Shown here one piece after another: positions 1 to 13,260 of a stretch of 64,000 nucleotides of DNA. The notes beneath the pieces were generated by a model that saw nothing but the letters and a program-made list of their open reading frames with translations, had not been told where the DNA came from and searched no databases. Every line of letters starts with the position of its first letter. Within the stretch, counting starts at the first letter, position 1. Source of the stretch: Antedon mediterranea (lineage: Eukaryota; Animalia; Echinodermata); contig NC_092680.1 of the NCBI RefSeq assembly GCF_964355755.1, forward strand, positions 11,408,001-11,472,000. The letters are read 5' to 3'. Position numbers and translations under genes: made by a program.

Positions 1-4
1 GCTC

Positions 5-781
5 AAAATGGTCAAAAACGGTTTCTAATGTGATTTTAAGCACTTTGATGTTTTTGTGTAACCAAGTTTTTTCAAAAATCACAAAATGGTCTAAAACGTC
101 TCCAAATGCGATTTGAAGCTTTTCTAAGCACTTTGGTGTTTTTATGTTAACAAGTTTTTTCGAAAATTACAAAATGGTCTAAAACGTCTCCAAATGCGAT
201 TTGAAGATATTCTGAGCACTTTGGTGTTTTTATGTTAAAAAGTTTTTTCGAAAATCACAAAATAGTCTAAAACGTCTCCAAATGCGATTTGAAGCTATTC
301 TGTACACTTTGATGTTTTGTGTGAAAAAGTTTTGTCGAAATGCTCAAAATGGTCTAAAACGTTTTTAAAACGATATTAAGCTATTTTGTGCTCTTTGATG
401 TTTTTTTGTAACCAAGTTTCATCGAAAATCACAAAATGGTCTAAAACGTCTCAAAATGCGATTTGAAGCTTTTCTAAGCACTTTGGTGTTTTTATGTTAA
501 CAAGTTTTTTCGAAAATCACGAAATGGTCTAAAATGTCTCCAAATGCGATTTGAAGATATTCTGAGCACTTTGGTGTTTTTATGTTAAAAAGTTTTTTCG
601 AAAATCACAAAATGGTCTAAAACGTCTCCAAATGCGATTTGAAGCTCTTCTGTACACTTTGATGTTTTGTGTGAAAAAGTTTTGTCGAAATGCTCAAAAT
701 GGTCTAAAACGTTTTCAAATACGATATTAAGCTGTTTTGTGCACTTTGATGATTTGTGTGAAAAGTTTTAACGAAATGCTC
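5..781 (+). repeat. 9-monomer HOR, 777 bp (order A-B-C-D-G-B-C-D-E)
   Basis: Types as I define them: A=78 bp ggtttctaatgtgattttaagc; B=88 bp gcttttctaagc; C=88 bp gatattctgagc; D=87 bp ctgtacac; E=86 bp gctgttttgtgcac; F=87 bp gtgatctttg; G=87 bp gtgctctttg. The lengths sum to 777, matching A starts at 5 and 782. The same period is seen from 4566 to 5343. Confidence 0.9.
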
Positions 782-1722
782 AAAATGGTCTAAAACGGTT
801 TCTAATGTGATTTTAAGCACTTTGGTGTTTTTATGTTAACAAGTTTTTTCGAAAATCACAAAATGGTCTAAAACGTCTCCAAATGCGATTTGAGGATATT
901 CTGAGCTCTTTGGTGTTTTTTTGTTAAAAAGTTTTTTCGAAAATCACAAAATGGTCTAAAACGTCTCCAAATGCGATTTGAAGCTATTCTGTACACTTTG
1001 ATGTTTTGTGTGAAAAAGTTTTGTCGAAATGCTCAAAATGGTCTAAAACATTTTTAAATACGATATTAAGCTATTTTGTGATCTTTGATGTTTTTGTGTG
1101 AAAAGTTTTATCGAAATGCTCAAAATGGTCTAAAACGGTTTCTATTGTGATTTTAAGCACTTTGATGATTTTGTGTAACCAAGTTTCATCGAAATGTACA
1201 AAATGGTCTAAAACGTCTTTAAATGCGATTTGAAGCTATTCTAAGTACTTTTGTGTTTTTATGTTAACAAGTTTTTTCGAAAATCACAAAATGGTCTAAA
1301 ACGTCTTCAAATGCGATTTGAAGCTATTCTGTACACTTTGATGTTTTGTGTGAAAAAGTTTTGTCAAAATGCTCAAAATGGTCTAAAACGTTTTTAAAAC
1401 GATATTAAGCTATTTTGTGCTCTTTGATGTTTTTGTGTAACCAAGTTTCATCGAAAATCACAACATTGTCTAAAACGTCTCCAAATGCGATTTGAAGCTT
1501 TTCTAAGCACTTTGGTGTTTTTATGTTAACAAGTTTTTTCGAAAATCACAAAATGGTCTAAAACGTCTCCAAATGCGATTTGAAGCTCTTCAGTACACTT
1601 TGATGTTTTGTTTGAAAAAGTTTTGTCGAAATTCTCAAAATGGTCTAAAACGTTTTTAAATTCGATATTAAGCTGTTTTGTGCACTTTGATGATTTGTGT
1701 GAAAAGTTTTAACGAAATGCTC

Positions 1723-2751
1723 AAAATGGTCTAAAACGGTTTCTAATGTGATTTTAAGCACTTTGATGTTTTTGTGTAACCAAGTTTTTTCGAAAATCAC
1801 AAAATAGTCTAAAACGTCTCCAAATGCGATTTGAAGCTTTTCTAAGCACTTTGGTGTTTTTATGTTAACAAGTTTTTTCGAAAATCACAAAATGGTCTAA
1901 AACGTCTCCAAATGCGATTTGAGGATATTCTGAGCACTTTGGTGTTTTTATGTTAATAAGTTTTTTCGAAAATCACAAAATGGTCTAAAACGTCTTCAAA
2001 TGCGATTTGAAGCTATTCTGTAGACTTTGATGTTTTGTGTGAAAAAGTTTTGTCGAAATGCTCAAAATGGTCTAAAACGTTTTTAAATACGATATTAAGC
2101 TATTTTGTGATCTTTGATGTTTTTGTGTGAAAAGTTTTATCGAAATGCTCAAAATGGTCTAAAACGGTTTCTATTGTGATTTTAAGCACTTTGATGATTT
2201 TGTGTAACCAAGTTTCATCGAAATGTACAAAATGGTCTAAAACGTCTCCAAATGCGATTTGAAGCTATTCTAAGTACTTTTGTGTTTTTATGTTAACAAG
2301 TTTTTTCGAAAATCACAAAATGGTCTAAAACGTCTTCAAATGCGATTTGAAGCTATTCTGTACACTTTGATGTTTTGTGTGAAAAAGTTTTGTCAAAATG
2401 CTCAAAATGGTCTAAAACGTTTTTAAAACGATATTAAGCTTTTTTGTGCTCTTTGATGTTTTTGTGTAACCAAGTTTCATCGAAAATCACAAAATGGTCT
2501 AAAACGTCTCCAAATGCGATTTGAAGCTTTTCTAAGCACTTTGGTGTTTTTATGTTAACAAGTTTTTTCGAAAATCACAAAATGGTCTAAATCGTCTCCA
2601 AATGCGATTTGAAGCTCTTCTGTACACTTTGATGTTTTGTTTGAAAAAGTTTTGTCGAAATTCTCAAAATGGTCTAAAACGTTTTTAAATACGATATTAA
2701 GCTGTTTTGTGCACTTTGATGATTTGTGTGAAAAGTTTTAACGAAATGCTC
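1723..2751 (+). repeat. 12-monomer HOR, 1029 bp (A-B-C-D-F-A'-B'-D-G-B-D-E)
   Basis: A starts at 1723 and 2752 (1029 apart), equal to the summed monomer lengths. A' carries tctattgtg and gaaatgtac; B' carries ctaagtactttt. The same order recurs at about 8450-10500, 26140-28200 and 49620-50650. Confidence 0.9.
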
Positions 2752-3701
2752 AAAATGGTCTAAAACGGTTTCTAATGTGATTTTAAGCACTTTGATGTTT
2801 TTGTGTAACCAAGTTTTTTCGAAAATCACAAAATAGTCTAAAACGTCTCCAAATGCGATTTGAAGCTTTTCTAAGCACTTTGGTGTTTTTATGTTAACAA
2901 GTTTTTTCGAAAATCACAAAATGGTCGAAAACGTCTCAAAATGCGATTTGAGGATATTCTGAGCACTTTGGTGTTTTTTTGTTAAAAAGTTTTTTCGAAA
3001 ATCACAAAATGGTCTAAAACGTCTCCAAATGCGATTTGAAGCTATTCTGTACACTTTGATGTTTTGTGTGAAAAAGTTTTGTCGAAATGCTCAAAATGGT
3101 CTAAAACGTTTTTAAATACGATAATAAACTATTTTGTGATCTTTGATGTTTTTGTGTGAAAAGTTTTATCGAAATGCTCAAAATGGTCTAAAACGTTTTT
3201 AAAACGATATTAAGCTATTTTGTGCTCTTTGATGTTTTTGTGTAACCAAGTTTCATCGAAAATCACAAAATGGTCTAAAACGTCGCCAAATGCGATTTGA
3301 AGCTATTCTGTACACTTTGATGTTTTGTGTGAAAAAGTTTTGTCGAAATGCTCAAAATGGTCTAAAACGTTTTTAAAACGATATTAAGCTATTTTGTGCT
3401 CTTTGATGTTTTTGTGTAACCAAGTTTCATCGAAAATCACAAAATGGTCTAAAACGTCTCCAAATGCGATTTGAAGCTTTTCTAAGCACTTTGGTGTTTT
3501 TATGTTAACAAGTTTTTTCGAAAATCACAAAATGGTCTAAAACGTCTCCAAATGCGATTTGAAGCTCTTCTGTACACTTTGATGTTTTGTTTGAAAAAGT
3601 TTTGTCGAAATTTTCAAAATGGTCTAAAACGTTTTTAAATACGATATTAAGCTGTTTTGTGCACTTTGATGATTTGTGTGAAAAGTTTTAACGAAATGCT
3701 C

Positions 3702-4565
3702 AAAATGGTCTAAAACGGTTTCTAATGTGATTTTAAGCACTTTGATGTTTTTGTGTAACCAAGTTTTTTCGAAAATCACAAAATAGTCTAAAACGTCTCC
3801 AAATGCGATTTGAAGCTTTTCTAAGCACTTTGGTGTTTTTATGTTAACAAGTTTTTTCGAAAATCACAAAATGGTCTAAAACGTCTCCAAATGCGATTTG
3901 AGGATATTCTGAGCACTTTGGTGTTTTTTTGTTAAAAAGTTTTTTCGAAAATCACAAAATGGTCTAAAATGTCTCCAAATGCGATTTGAAGCTATTCTGT
4001 ACACTTTGATGTTTTATGTGAAAAAGTTTTGTCGAAATGCTCAAAATGGTCTAAAACGTTTTTAAATACGATATTAAGCTATTTTGTGATCTTTGATGTT
4101 TTTGTGTGAAAAGTTTTATCGAAATGCTCAAAATGGTCTAAAACGTTTTTAAAACGATATTAAGCTATTTTGTGCTCTTTGATGTTTTTGTGTAACCAAG
4201 TTTCATCGAAAATCACAAAATGGTCTAAAACGTCGCCAAATGCGATTTGAAGCTTTTCTAAGCACTTTGGTGTTTTTATGTTAACAAGTTTTTTCGAAAA
4301 TCACGAAATGGTCTGAAATATCTCCAAATGCGATTTGAAGATATTCTGAGCACTTTGGTGTTTTTATGTTAAAAAGTTTTTTCGAAAATCACAAAATGGT
4401 CTAAAACGTCTCCAAACGCGATTTGAAGCTCTTCTGTACACTTTGATGTTTTGTGTGAAAAAGTTTTGTCGAAATTCTCAAAATGGTCTAAAACGTTTTT
4501 AAATACGATATTAAGCTGTTTTGTGCACTTTGATGATTTGTGTGAAAAGTTTTAACGAAATGCTC
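3702..4565 (+). repeat. 10-monomer HOR, 864 bp (A-B-C-D-F-G-B-C-D-E)
   Basis: A starts at 3702 and 4566. Diagnostic variants gtcgcc, aaatatctcc and aaacgcg travel with this unit, also near 7250-7440, 11040-11220, 24340-24530 and 33550-33740. Confidence 0.85.
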
Positions 4566-5794
4566 AAAATGGTCAAAAACGGTTTCTAATGTGATTTTAA
4601 GCACTTTGATGTTTTTGTGTAACCAAGTTTTTTCAAAAATCACAAAATGGTCTAAAACGTCTCCAAATGCGATTTGAAGCTTTTCTAAGCACTTTGGTGT
4701 TTTTATGTTAACAAGTTTTTTCGAAAATCACAAAATGGTCTAAAACGTCTCCAAATGCGATTTGAAGATATTCTGAGCACTTTGGTGTTTTTATGTTAAA
4801 AAGTTTTTTTGAAAATCACAAAATAGTCTAAAACGTCTTCAAATGCGATTTGAAGCTATTCTGTACACTTTGATGTTTTGTGTGAAAAAGTTTTGTCGAA
4901 ATGCTCAAAATGGTCTAAAACGTTTTTAAAACGATATTAAGCTATTTTGTGCTCTTTGATGTTTTTGTGTAACCAAGTTTCATCGAAAATCACAAAATGG
5001 TCTAAAACGTCTCAAAATGCGATTTGAAGCTTTTCTAAGCACTTTGGTGTTTTTATGTTAACAAGTTTTTTCGAAAATCACGAAATGGTCTAAAATATCT
5101 CCAAATGCGATTTGAAGATATTCTGAGCACTTTGGTGTTTTTATGTTAAAAAGTTTTTTCGAAAATCACAAAATGGTCTAAAACGTCTCCAAACGCGATT
5201 TGAAGCTCTTCTGTACACTTTGATGTTTTGTGTGAAAAAGTTTTGTCGAAATTCTCAAAATGGTCTAAAACGTTTTTAAATACGATATTAAGCTGTTTTG
5301 TGCACTCTGATGATTTGTGTGAAAAGTTTTAACGAAATGCTCAAAATGGTCAAAAACGGTTTCTAATGTGATTTTAAGCACTTTGATGTTTTTGTGTAAC
5401 CAAGTTTTTTCAAAAATCACAAAATGGTCTAAAACGTCTCCAAATGCGATTTGAAGCTTTTCTAAGCACTTTGGTGTTTTTATGTTAACAAGTTTTTTCG
5501 AAAATCACAAAATGGTCTAAAACGTCTCCAAATGCGATTTGAAGATATTCTGAGCACTTTTGTGTTTTTATGTTAAAAAGTTTTTTCGAAAATCACAAAA
5601 TAGTCTAAAACGTCTCCAAATGCGATTTGAAGCTATTCTGTACACTTTGATGTTTTGTGTGAAAAAGTTTTGTCGAAATGCTCAAAATGGTCTAAAACGT
5701 TTTTAAAACGATATTAAGCTATTTTGTGCTCTTTGATGTTTTTTTGTAACCAAGTTTCATCGAAAATCACAAAATGGTCTAAAACGTCTCAAAA

Positions 5795-8700
5795 TGCGAT
5801 TTGAAGCTTTTCTAAGCACTTTGGTGTTTTTATGTTAACAAGTTTTTTCGAAAATCACAAAATGGTCTAAAACGTCTCCAAATGCGATTTGAGGATATTC
5901 TGAGCACTTTGGTGTTTTTTTGTTAAAAAGTTTTTTCGAAAATCACAAAATGGTCTAAAACGTCTCCAAATGCGATTTGAAGCTATTCTGTACACTTTGA
6001 TGTTTTGTGTGAAAAAGTTTTGTCGAAATGCTCAAAATGGTCTAAAACATTTTTAAATACGATATTAAGCTATTTTGTGATCTTTGATGTTTTTGTGTGA
6101 AAAGTTTTATCGAAATGCTCAAAATGGTCTAAAACGGTTTCTATTGTGATTTTAAGCACTTTGATGATTTTGTGTAACCAAGTTTCATCGAAATGTACAA
6201 AATGGTCTAAAACGTCTCCAAATGCGATTTGAAGCTATTCTAAGTACTTTTGTGTTTTTATGTTAACAAGTTTTTTCGAAAATCACAAAATGGTCTAAAA
6301 CGTCTTCAAATGCGATTTGAAGCTATTCTGTACACCTTGATGTTTTGTGTGAAAAAGTTTTGTCAAAATGCTCAAAATGGTCTAAAACGTTTTTAAAACG
6401 ATATTAAGCTATTTTGTGCTCTTTGATGTTTTTGTGTAACCAAGTTTCATCGAAAATCACAACATGGTCTAAAACGTCTCCAAATGCGATTTGAAGCTTT
6501 TCTAAGCACTTTGGTGTTTTTATGTTAACAAGTTTTTTCGATAATCACAAAATGGTCTAAAACGTCTCCAAATGCGATTTGAAGCTCTTCTGTACACTTT
6601 GATGTTTTGTTTGAAAAAGTTTTGTCGAAATTTTCAAAATGGTCTAAAACGTTTTTAAATACGATATTAAGCTGTTTTGTGCACTTTGATGATTTGTGTG
6701 AAAAGTTTTAACAAATGCTCAAAATGGTCTAAAACGGTTTCTAATGTGATTTTAAGCACTTTGATGTTTTTGTGTAACCAAGTTTTTTCGAAAATCACAA
6801 AATAGTCTAAAACGTCTCCAAATGCGATTTGAAGCTTTTCTAAGCACTTTGGTGTTTTTATGTTAACAAGTTGTTTCGAAAATCACAAAATGGTCTAAAA
6901 CGTCTTCAAATGCGATTTGAGGATATTCTGAGCACTTTGGTGTTTTTTTGTTAAAAAGTTTTTTCGAAAATCACAAAATGGTCTAAAACGTCTCCAAATG
7001 CGATTTGAAGCTATTCTGTACACTTTGATGTTTTGTGTGAAAAAGTTTTGTCGAAATGCTCAAAATGGTCTAAAACGTTTTTAAATACGATATTAAGCTA
7101 TTTTGTGATCTTTGATGTTTTTGTGTGAAAAGTTTTATCGAAATGCTCAAAATGGTCTAAAACGTTTTTAAAACGATATTAAGCTATTTTGTGCTCTTTG
7201 ATGTTTTTGTGTAACCAAGTTTCATCGAAAATCACAAAATGGTCTAAAACGTCGCCAAATGCGATTTGAAGCTTTTCTAAGCACTTTGGTGTTTTTATGT
7301 TAACAAGTTTTTTCGAAAATCACGAAATGGTCTAAAATATTTCCAAATGCGATTTGAAGATATTCTGAGCACTTTGGTGTTTTTATGTTAAAAAGTTTTT
7401 TCGAAAATCACAAAATGGTCTAAAACGTCTCCAAACGCGATTTGAAGCTCTTCTGTACACTTTGATGTTTTGTGTGAAAAAGTTTTGTCGAAATTCTCAA
7501 AATGGTCTAAAACGTTTTTAAATACGATATTAAGCTGTTTTGTGCACTCTGATGATTTGTGTGAAAAGTTTTAACGAAATGCTCAAAATGGTCAAAAACG
7601 GTTTCTAATGTGATTTTAAGCACTTTGATGTTTTTGTGTAACCAAGTTTTTTCAAAAATCACAAAATGGTCTAAAACGTCTCCAAATGCGATTTGAAGCT
7701 TTTCTAAGCACTTTGGTGTTTTTATGTTAACAAGTTTTTTCGAAAATCACAAAATGGTCTAAAACGTCTCCAAATGCGATTTGAAGATATTCTGAGCACT
7801 TTGGTGTTTTTATGTTAAAAAGTTTTTTCGAAAATCACAAAATAGTCTAAAACGTCTCCAAATGCGATTTGAAGCTATTCTGTACACTTTGATGTTTTGT
7901 GTGAAAAAGTTTTGTCGAAATGCTCAAAATGGTCTAAAACGTTTTTAAAACGATATTAAGCTATTTTGTGCTCTTTGATGTTTTTTTGTAACCAAGTTTC
8001 ATCGAAAATCACAAAATGGTCTAAAACGTCTCAAAATGCGATTTGAAGCTTTTCTAAGCACTTTGGTGTTTTTATGTTAACAAGTTTTTTCGAAAATCAC
8101 GAAATGGTCTAAAATGTCTCCAAATGCGATTTGAAGATATTCTGAGCACTTTGGTGTTTTTATCTTAACAAGTTTTTTCGAAAATCACGAAATGGTCTAA
8201 AATGTCTCCAAATGCGATTTGAAGATATTCTGAGCACTTTGGTGTTTTTATGTTGAAAAGTTTTTTCGAAAATCACAAAATGGTCTAAAACGTCTCCAAA
8301 TGCGATTTGAAGCTCTTCTGTACACTTTGATGTTTTGTGTGAAAAAGTTTTGTCGAAATGCTCAAAATGGTCTAAAACGTTTTTAAATACGATATTAAGC
8401 TGTTTTGTGCACTTTGATGATTTGTGTGAAAAGTTTTAACGAAATGCTCAAAATGGTCTAAAACGGTTTCTAATGTGATTTTAAGCACTTTGATGTTTTT
8501 GTGTAACCAAGTTTTTTCGAAAATCACAAAATAGTCTAAAACGTCTCCAAATGCGATTTGAAGCTTTTCTAAGCACTTTGGTGTTTTTATGTTAACAAGT
8601 TTTTTCGAAAATCACAAAATGGTCTAAAACGTCTCCAAATGCGATTTGAGGATATTCTGAGCACTTTGGTGTTTTTTTGTTAAAAAGTTTTTTCGAAAAT

Positions 8701-11700
8701 CACAAAATGGTCTAAAACGTCTCCAAATGCGATTTGAAGCTATTCTGTACACTTTGATGTTTTGTGTGAAAAAGTTTTTTCGAAATGCTCAAAATGGTCT
8801 AAAACGTTTTTAAATACGATATAAAGCTATTTTGTGATCTTTGATGTTTTTGTGTGAAAAGTTTTATCGAAATGCTCAAAATGGTCTAAAACGGTTTCTA
8901 TTGTGATTTTAAGCACTTTGATGATTTTGTGTAACCAAGTTTCATCGAAATGTACAAAATGGTCTAAAACGTCTCCAAATGCGATTTGAAGCTATTCTAA
9001 GTACTTTTGTGTTTTTATGTTAACAAGTTTTTTCGAAAATCACAAAATGGTCTAAAACGTCTTCAAATGCGATTTGAAGCTATTCTGTACACTTTGATGT
9101 TTTGTGTGAAAAAGTTTTGTCAAAATGCTCAAAATGGTCTAAAACGTTTTTAAAACGATATTAAGCTATTTTGTGCTCTTTGATGTTTTTGTGTAACCAA
9201 GTTTCATCGAAAATCACAACATGGTCTAAAACGTCTCCAAATGCGATTTGAAGCTTTTCTAAGCACTTTGGTGTTTTTATGTTAACAAGTTTTTTCGAAA
9301 ATCACAAAATGGTCTAAAACGTCTCCAAATGCGATTTGAAGCTCTTCAGTACACTTTGATGTTTTGTTTGAAAAAGTTTTGTCGAAATTCTCAAAATGGT
9401 CTAAAACGTTTTTAAATTCGATATTAAGCTGTTTTGTGCACTTTGATGATTTGTGTGAAAAGTTTTAACGAAATGCTCAAAATGGTCTAAAACGGTTTCT
9501 AATGTGATTTTAAGCACTTTGATGTTTTTGTGTAACCAAGTTTTTTCGAAAATCACAAAATAGTCTAAAACGTCTCCAAATGCGATTTGAAGCTTTTCTA
9601 AGCACTTTGGTGTTTTTATGTTAACAAGTTTTTTCGAAAATCACAAAATGGTCTAAAACGTCTCCAAATGCGATTTGAGGATATTCTGAGCACTTTGGTG
9701 TTTTTTTGTTAAAAAGTTTTTTCGAAAATCACAAAATGGTCTAAAACGTCTCCAAATGCGATTTGAAGCTATTCTGTACACTTTGATGTTTTGTGTGAAA
9801 AAGTTTTGTCGAAATGCTCAAAATGGTCTAAAACATTTTTAAATACGATATTAAGCTATTTTGTGATCTTTGATGTTTTTGTGTGAAAAGTTTTATCGAA
9901 ATGCTCAAAATGGTCTAAAACGGTTTCTATTGTGATTTTAAGCACTTTGATGATTTTGTGTAACCAAGTTTCATCGAAATGTACAAAATGGTCTAAAACG
10001 TCTCCAAATGCGATTTGAAGCTATTCTAAGTACTTTTGTGTTTTTATGTTAACAAGTTTTTCGAAAATCACAAAATGGTCTAAAACGTCTTCAAATGCGA
10101 TTTGAAGCTATTCTGTACACTTTGATGTTTTGTGTGAAAAAGTTTTGTCAAAATGCTCAAAATGGTCTAAAACGTTTTTAAAACGATATTAAGCTATTTT
10201 GTGCTCTTTGATGTTTTTGTGTAACCAAGTTTCATCGAAAATCACAACATGGTCTAAAACGTCTCCAAATGCGATTTGAAGCTTTTCTAAGCACTTTGGT
10301 GTTTTTATGTTAACAAGTTTTTTCGAAAATCACAAAATGGTCTAAAACGTCTCCAAATGCGATTTGAAGCTCTTCTGTACACTTTGATGTTTTGTTTGAA
10401 AAAGTTTTGTCGAAATTTTCAAAATGGTCTAAAACGTTTTTAAATACGATATTAAGCTGTTTTGTGCACTTTGATGATTTGTGTGAAAAGTTTTAACGAA
10501 ATGCTCAAAATGGTCTAAAACGGTTTCTAATGTGATTTTAAGCACTTTGATGTTTTTGTGTAACCAAGTTTTTTCGAAAATCACAAAATAGTCTAAAACG
10601 TCTCCAAATGCGATTTGAAGCTTTTCTAAGCACTTTGGTGTTTTTATGTTAACAAGTTGTTTCGAAAATCACAAAATGGTCTAAAACGTCTCCAAATGCG
10701 ATTTGAGGATATTCTGAGCACTTTGGTGTTTTTTTGTTAAAAAGTTTTTTCGAAAATCACAAAATGGTCTAAAACGTCTCCAAATGCGATTTGAAGCTAT
10801 TCTGTACACTTTGATGTTTTGTGTGAAAAAGTTTTGTCGAAATGCTCAAAATGGTCTAAAACGTTTTTAAATACGATATTAAGCTATTTTGTGATCTTTG
10901 ATGTTTTTGTGTGAAAAGTTTTATCGAAATGCTCAAAATGGTCTAAAACGTTTTTAAAACGATATTAAGCTATTTTGTGCTCTTTGATGTTTTTGTGTAA
11001 CCAAGTTTCATCGAAAATCACAAAATGGTCTAAAACGTCGCCAAATGCGATTTGAAGCTTTTCTAAGCACTTTGGTGTTTTTATGTTAACAAGTTTTTTC
11101 GAAAATCACGAAATGGTCTAAAATATCTCCAAATGCGATTTGAAGATATTCTGAGCACTTTGGTGTTTTTATGTTAAAAAGTTTTTTCGAAAATCACAAA
11201 ATGGTCTAAAACGTCTCCAAACGCGATTTGAAGCTCTTCTGTACACTTTGATGTTTTGTGTGAAAAAGTTTTGTCGAAATTCTCAAAATGGTCTAAAACG
11301 TTTTTAAATACGATATTAAGCTGTTTTGTGCACTTTGATGATTTGTGTGAAAAGTTTTAACGAAATGCTCAAAATGGTCAAAAACGGTTTCTAATGTGAT
11401 TTTAAGCACTTTGATGTTTTTGTGTAACCAAGTTTTTTCAAAAATCACAAAATGGTCTAAAACGTCTCCAAATGCGATTTGAAGCTTTTCTAAGCACTTT
11501 GGTGTTTTTATGTTAACAAGTTTTTTCGAAAATCACAAAATGGTCTAAAACGTCTCCAAATGCGATTTGAAGATATTCTGAGCACTTTGGTGTTTTTATG
11601 TTAAAAAGTTTTTTCGAAAATCACAAAATAGTCTAAAACGTCTCCAAATGCGATTTGAAGCTATTCTGTACACTTTGATGTTTTGTGTGAAAAAGTTTTG

Positions 11701-13260
11701 TCGAAATGCTCAAAATGGTCTAAAACGTTTTTAAAACGATATTAAGCTATTTTGTGCTCTTTGATGTTTTTTTGTAACCAAGTTTCATCGAAAATCACAA
11801 AATGGTCTAAAACGTCTCAAAATGCGATTTGAAGCTTTTCTAAGCACTTTGGTGTTTTTATGTTAACAAGTTTTTTCGAAAATCACGAAATGGTCTAAAA
11901 TGTCTCCAAATGCGATTTGAAGATATTCTGAGCACTTTGGTGTTTTTATCTTAACAAGTTTTTTCGAAAATCACGAAATGGTCTAAAATGTCTCCAAATG
12001 CGATTTGAAGATATTCTGAGCACTTTGGTGTTTTTATGTTGAAAAGTTTTTTCGAAAATCACAAAATGGTCTAAAACGTCTCCAAATGCGATTTGAAGCT
12101 CTTCTGTACACTTTGATGTTTTGTGTGAAAAAGTTTTGTCGAAATGCTCAAAATGGTCTAAAACGTTTTTAAATACGATATTAAGCTGTTTTGTGCACTT
12201 TGATGATTTGTGTGAAAAGTTTTAACGAAATGCTCAAAATGGTCTAAAACGGTTTCTAATGTGATTTTAAGCACTTTGATGTTTTTGTGTAACCAAGTTT
12301 TTTCGAAAATCACAAAATAGTCTAAAACGTCTCCAAATGCGATTTGAAGCTTTTCTAAGCACTTTGGTGTTTTTATGTTAACAAGTTTTTTCGAAAAATA
12401 CAAAATGGTCTAAAACGTCTCCAAATGCGATTTGAGGATATTCTGAGCACTTTGGTGTTTTTTTGTTAAAAAGTTTTTTCGAAAATCACAAAATGGTCTA
12501 AAACGTCTCCAAATGCGATTTGAAGCTATTCTGTACACTTTGATGTTTTGTGTGAAAAAGTTTTGTTGAAATGCTCAAAATGGTCTAAAACGTTTTTAAA
12601 TACGATATAAAGCTATTTTGTGATCTTTGATGTTTTTGTGTGAAAAGTTTTATCGAAATGCTCAAAATGGTCTAAAACGGTTTCTATTGTGATTTTAAGC
12701 ACTTTGATGATTTTGTGTAACCAAGTTTCATCGAAATGTACAAAATGGTCTAAAACGTCTCCAAATGCGATTTGAAGCTATTCTAAGTACTTTTGTGTTT
12801 TTATGTTAACAAGTTTTTTCGAAAATCACAAAATGGTCTAAAACGTCTTCAAATGCGATTTGAAGCTATTCTGTACACTTTGATGTTTTGTGTGAAAAAG
12901 TTTTGGCAAAATGCTCAAAATGGTCTAAAACGTTTTTAAAACGATATTAAGCTATTTTGTGCTCTTTGATGTTTTTGTGTAACCAAGTTTCATCGAAAAT
13001 CACAACATGGTCTAAAACGTCTCCAAATGCGATTTGAAGCTTTTCTAAGCACTTTGGTGTTTTTATGTTAACAAGTTTTTTCAAAAATCACAAAATGGTC
13101 TAAAACGTCTCCAAATGCGATTTGAAGCTCTTCTGCACACTTTGATGTTTTGTTTGAAAAAGTTTTGTCGAAATTCTCAAAATGGTCTAAAACGTTTTTA
13201 AATTCGATATTAAGCTGTTTTGTGCACTTTGATGATTTGTGTGAAAAGTTTTAACGAAAT
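5795..13260 (+). repeat. Tandem duplication with period ~3786 bp (about 44 monomers)
   Basis: Rare variants repeat at an offset of 3786: ttgtttcg 6871/10657, tatcttaac 8161/11947, ataaagct 8821/12607. Ends are approximate. Confidence 0.8.

Noticed and set aside
150-170. CENP-B box-like ttcg motif
   Set aside because: Only TTCG matches. The downstream A..CGGG part of the 17-bp box is absent.
12158-12403. 81-aa minus-strand ORF
   Set aside because: It is the reverse reading of E-A-B monomers, and its appearance coincides with a private variant (gaaaaatac near 12400). There is no coding evidence.
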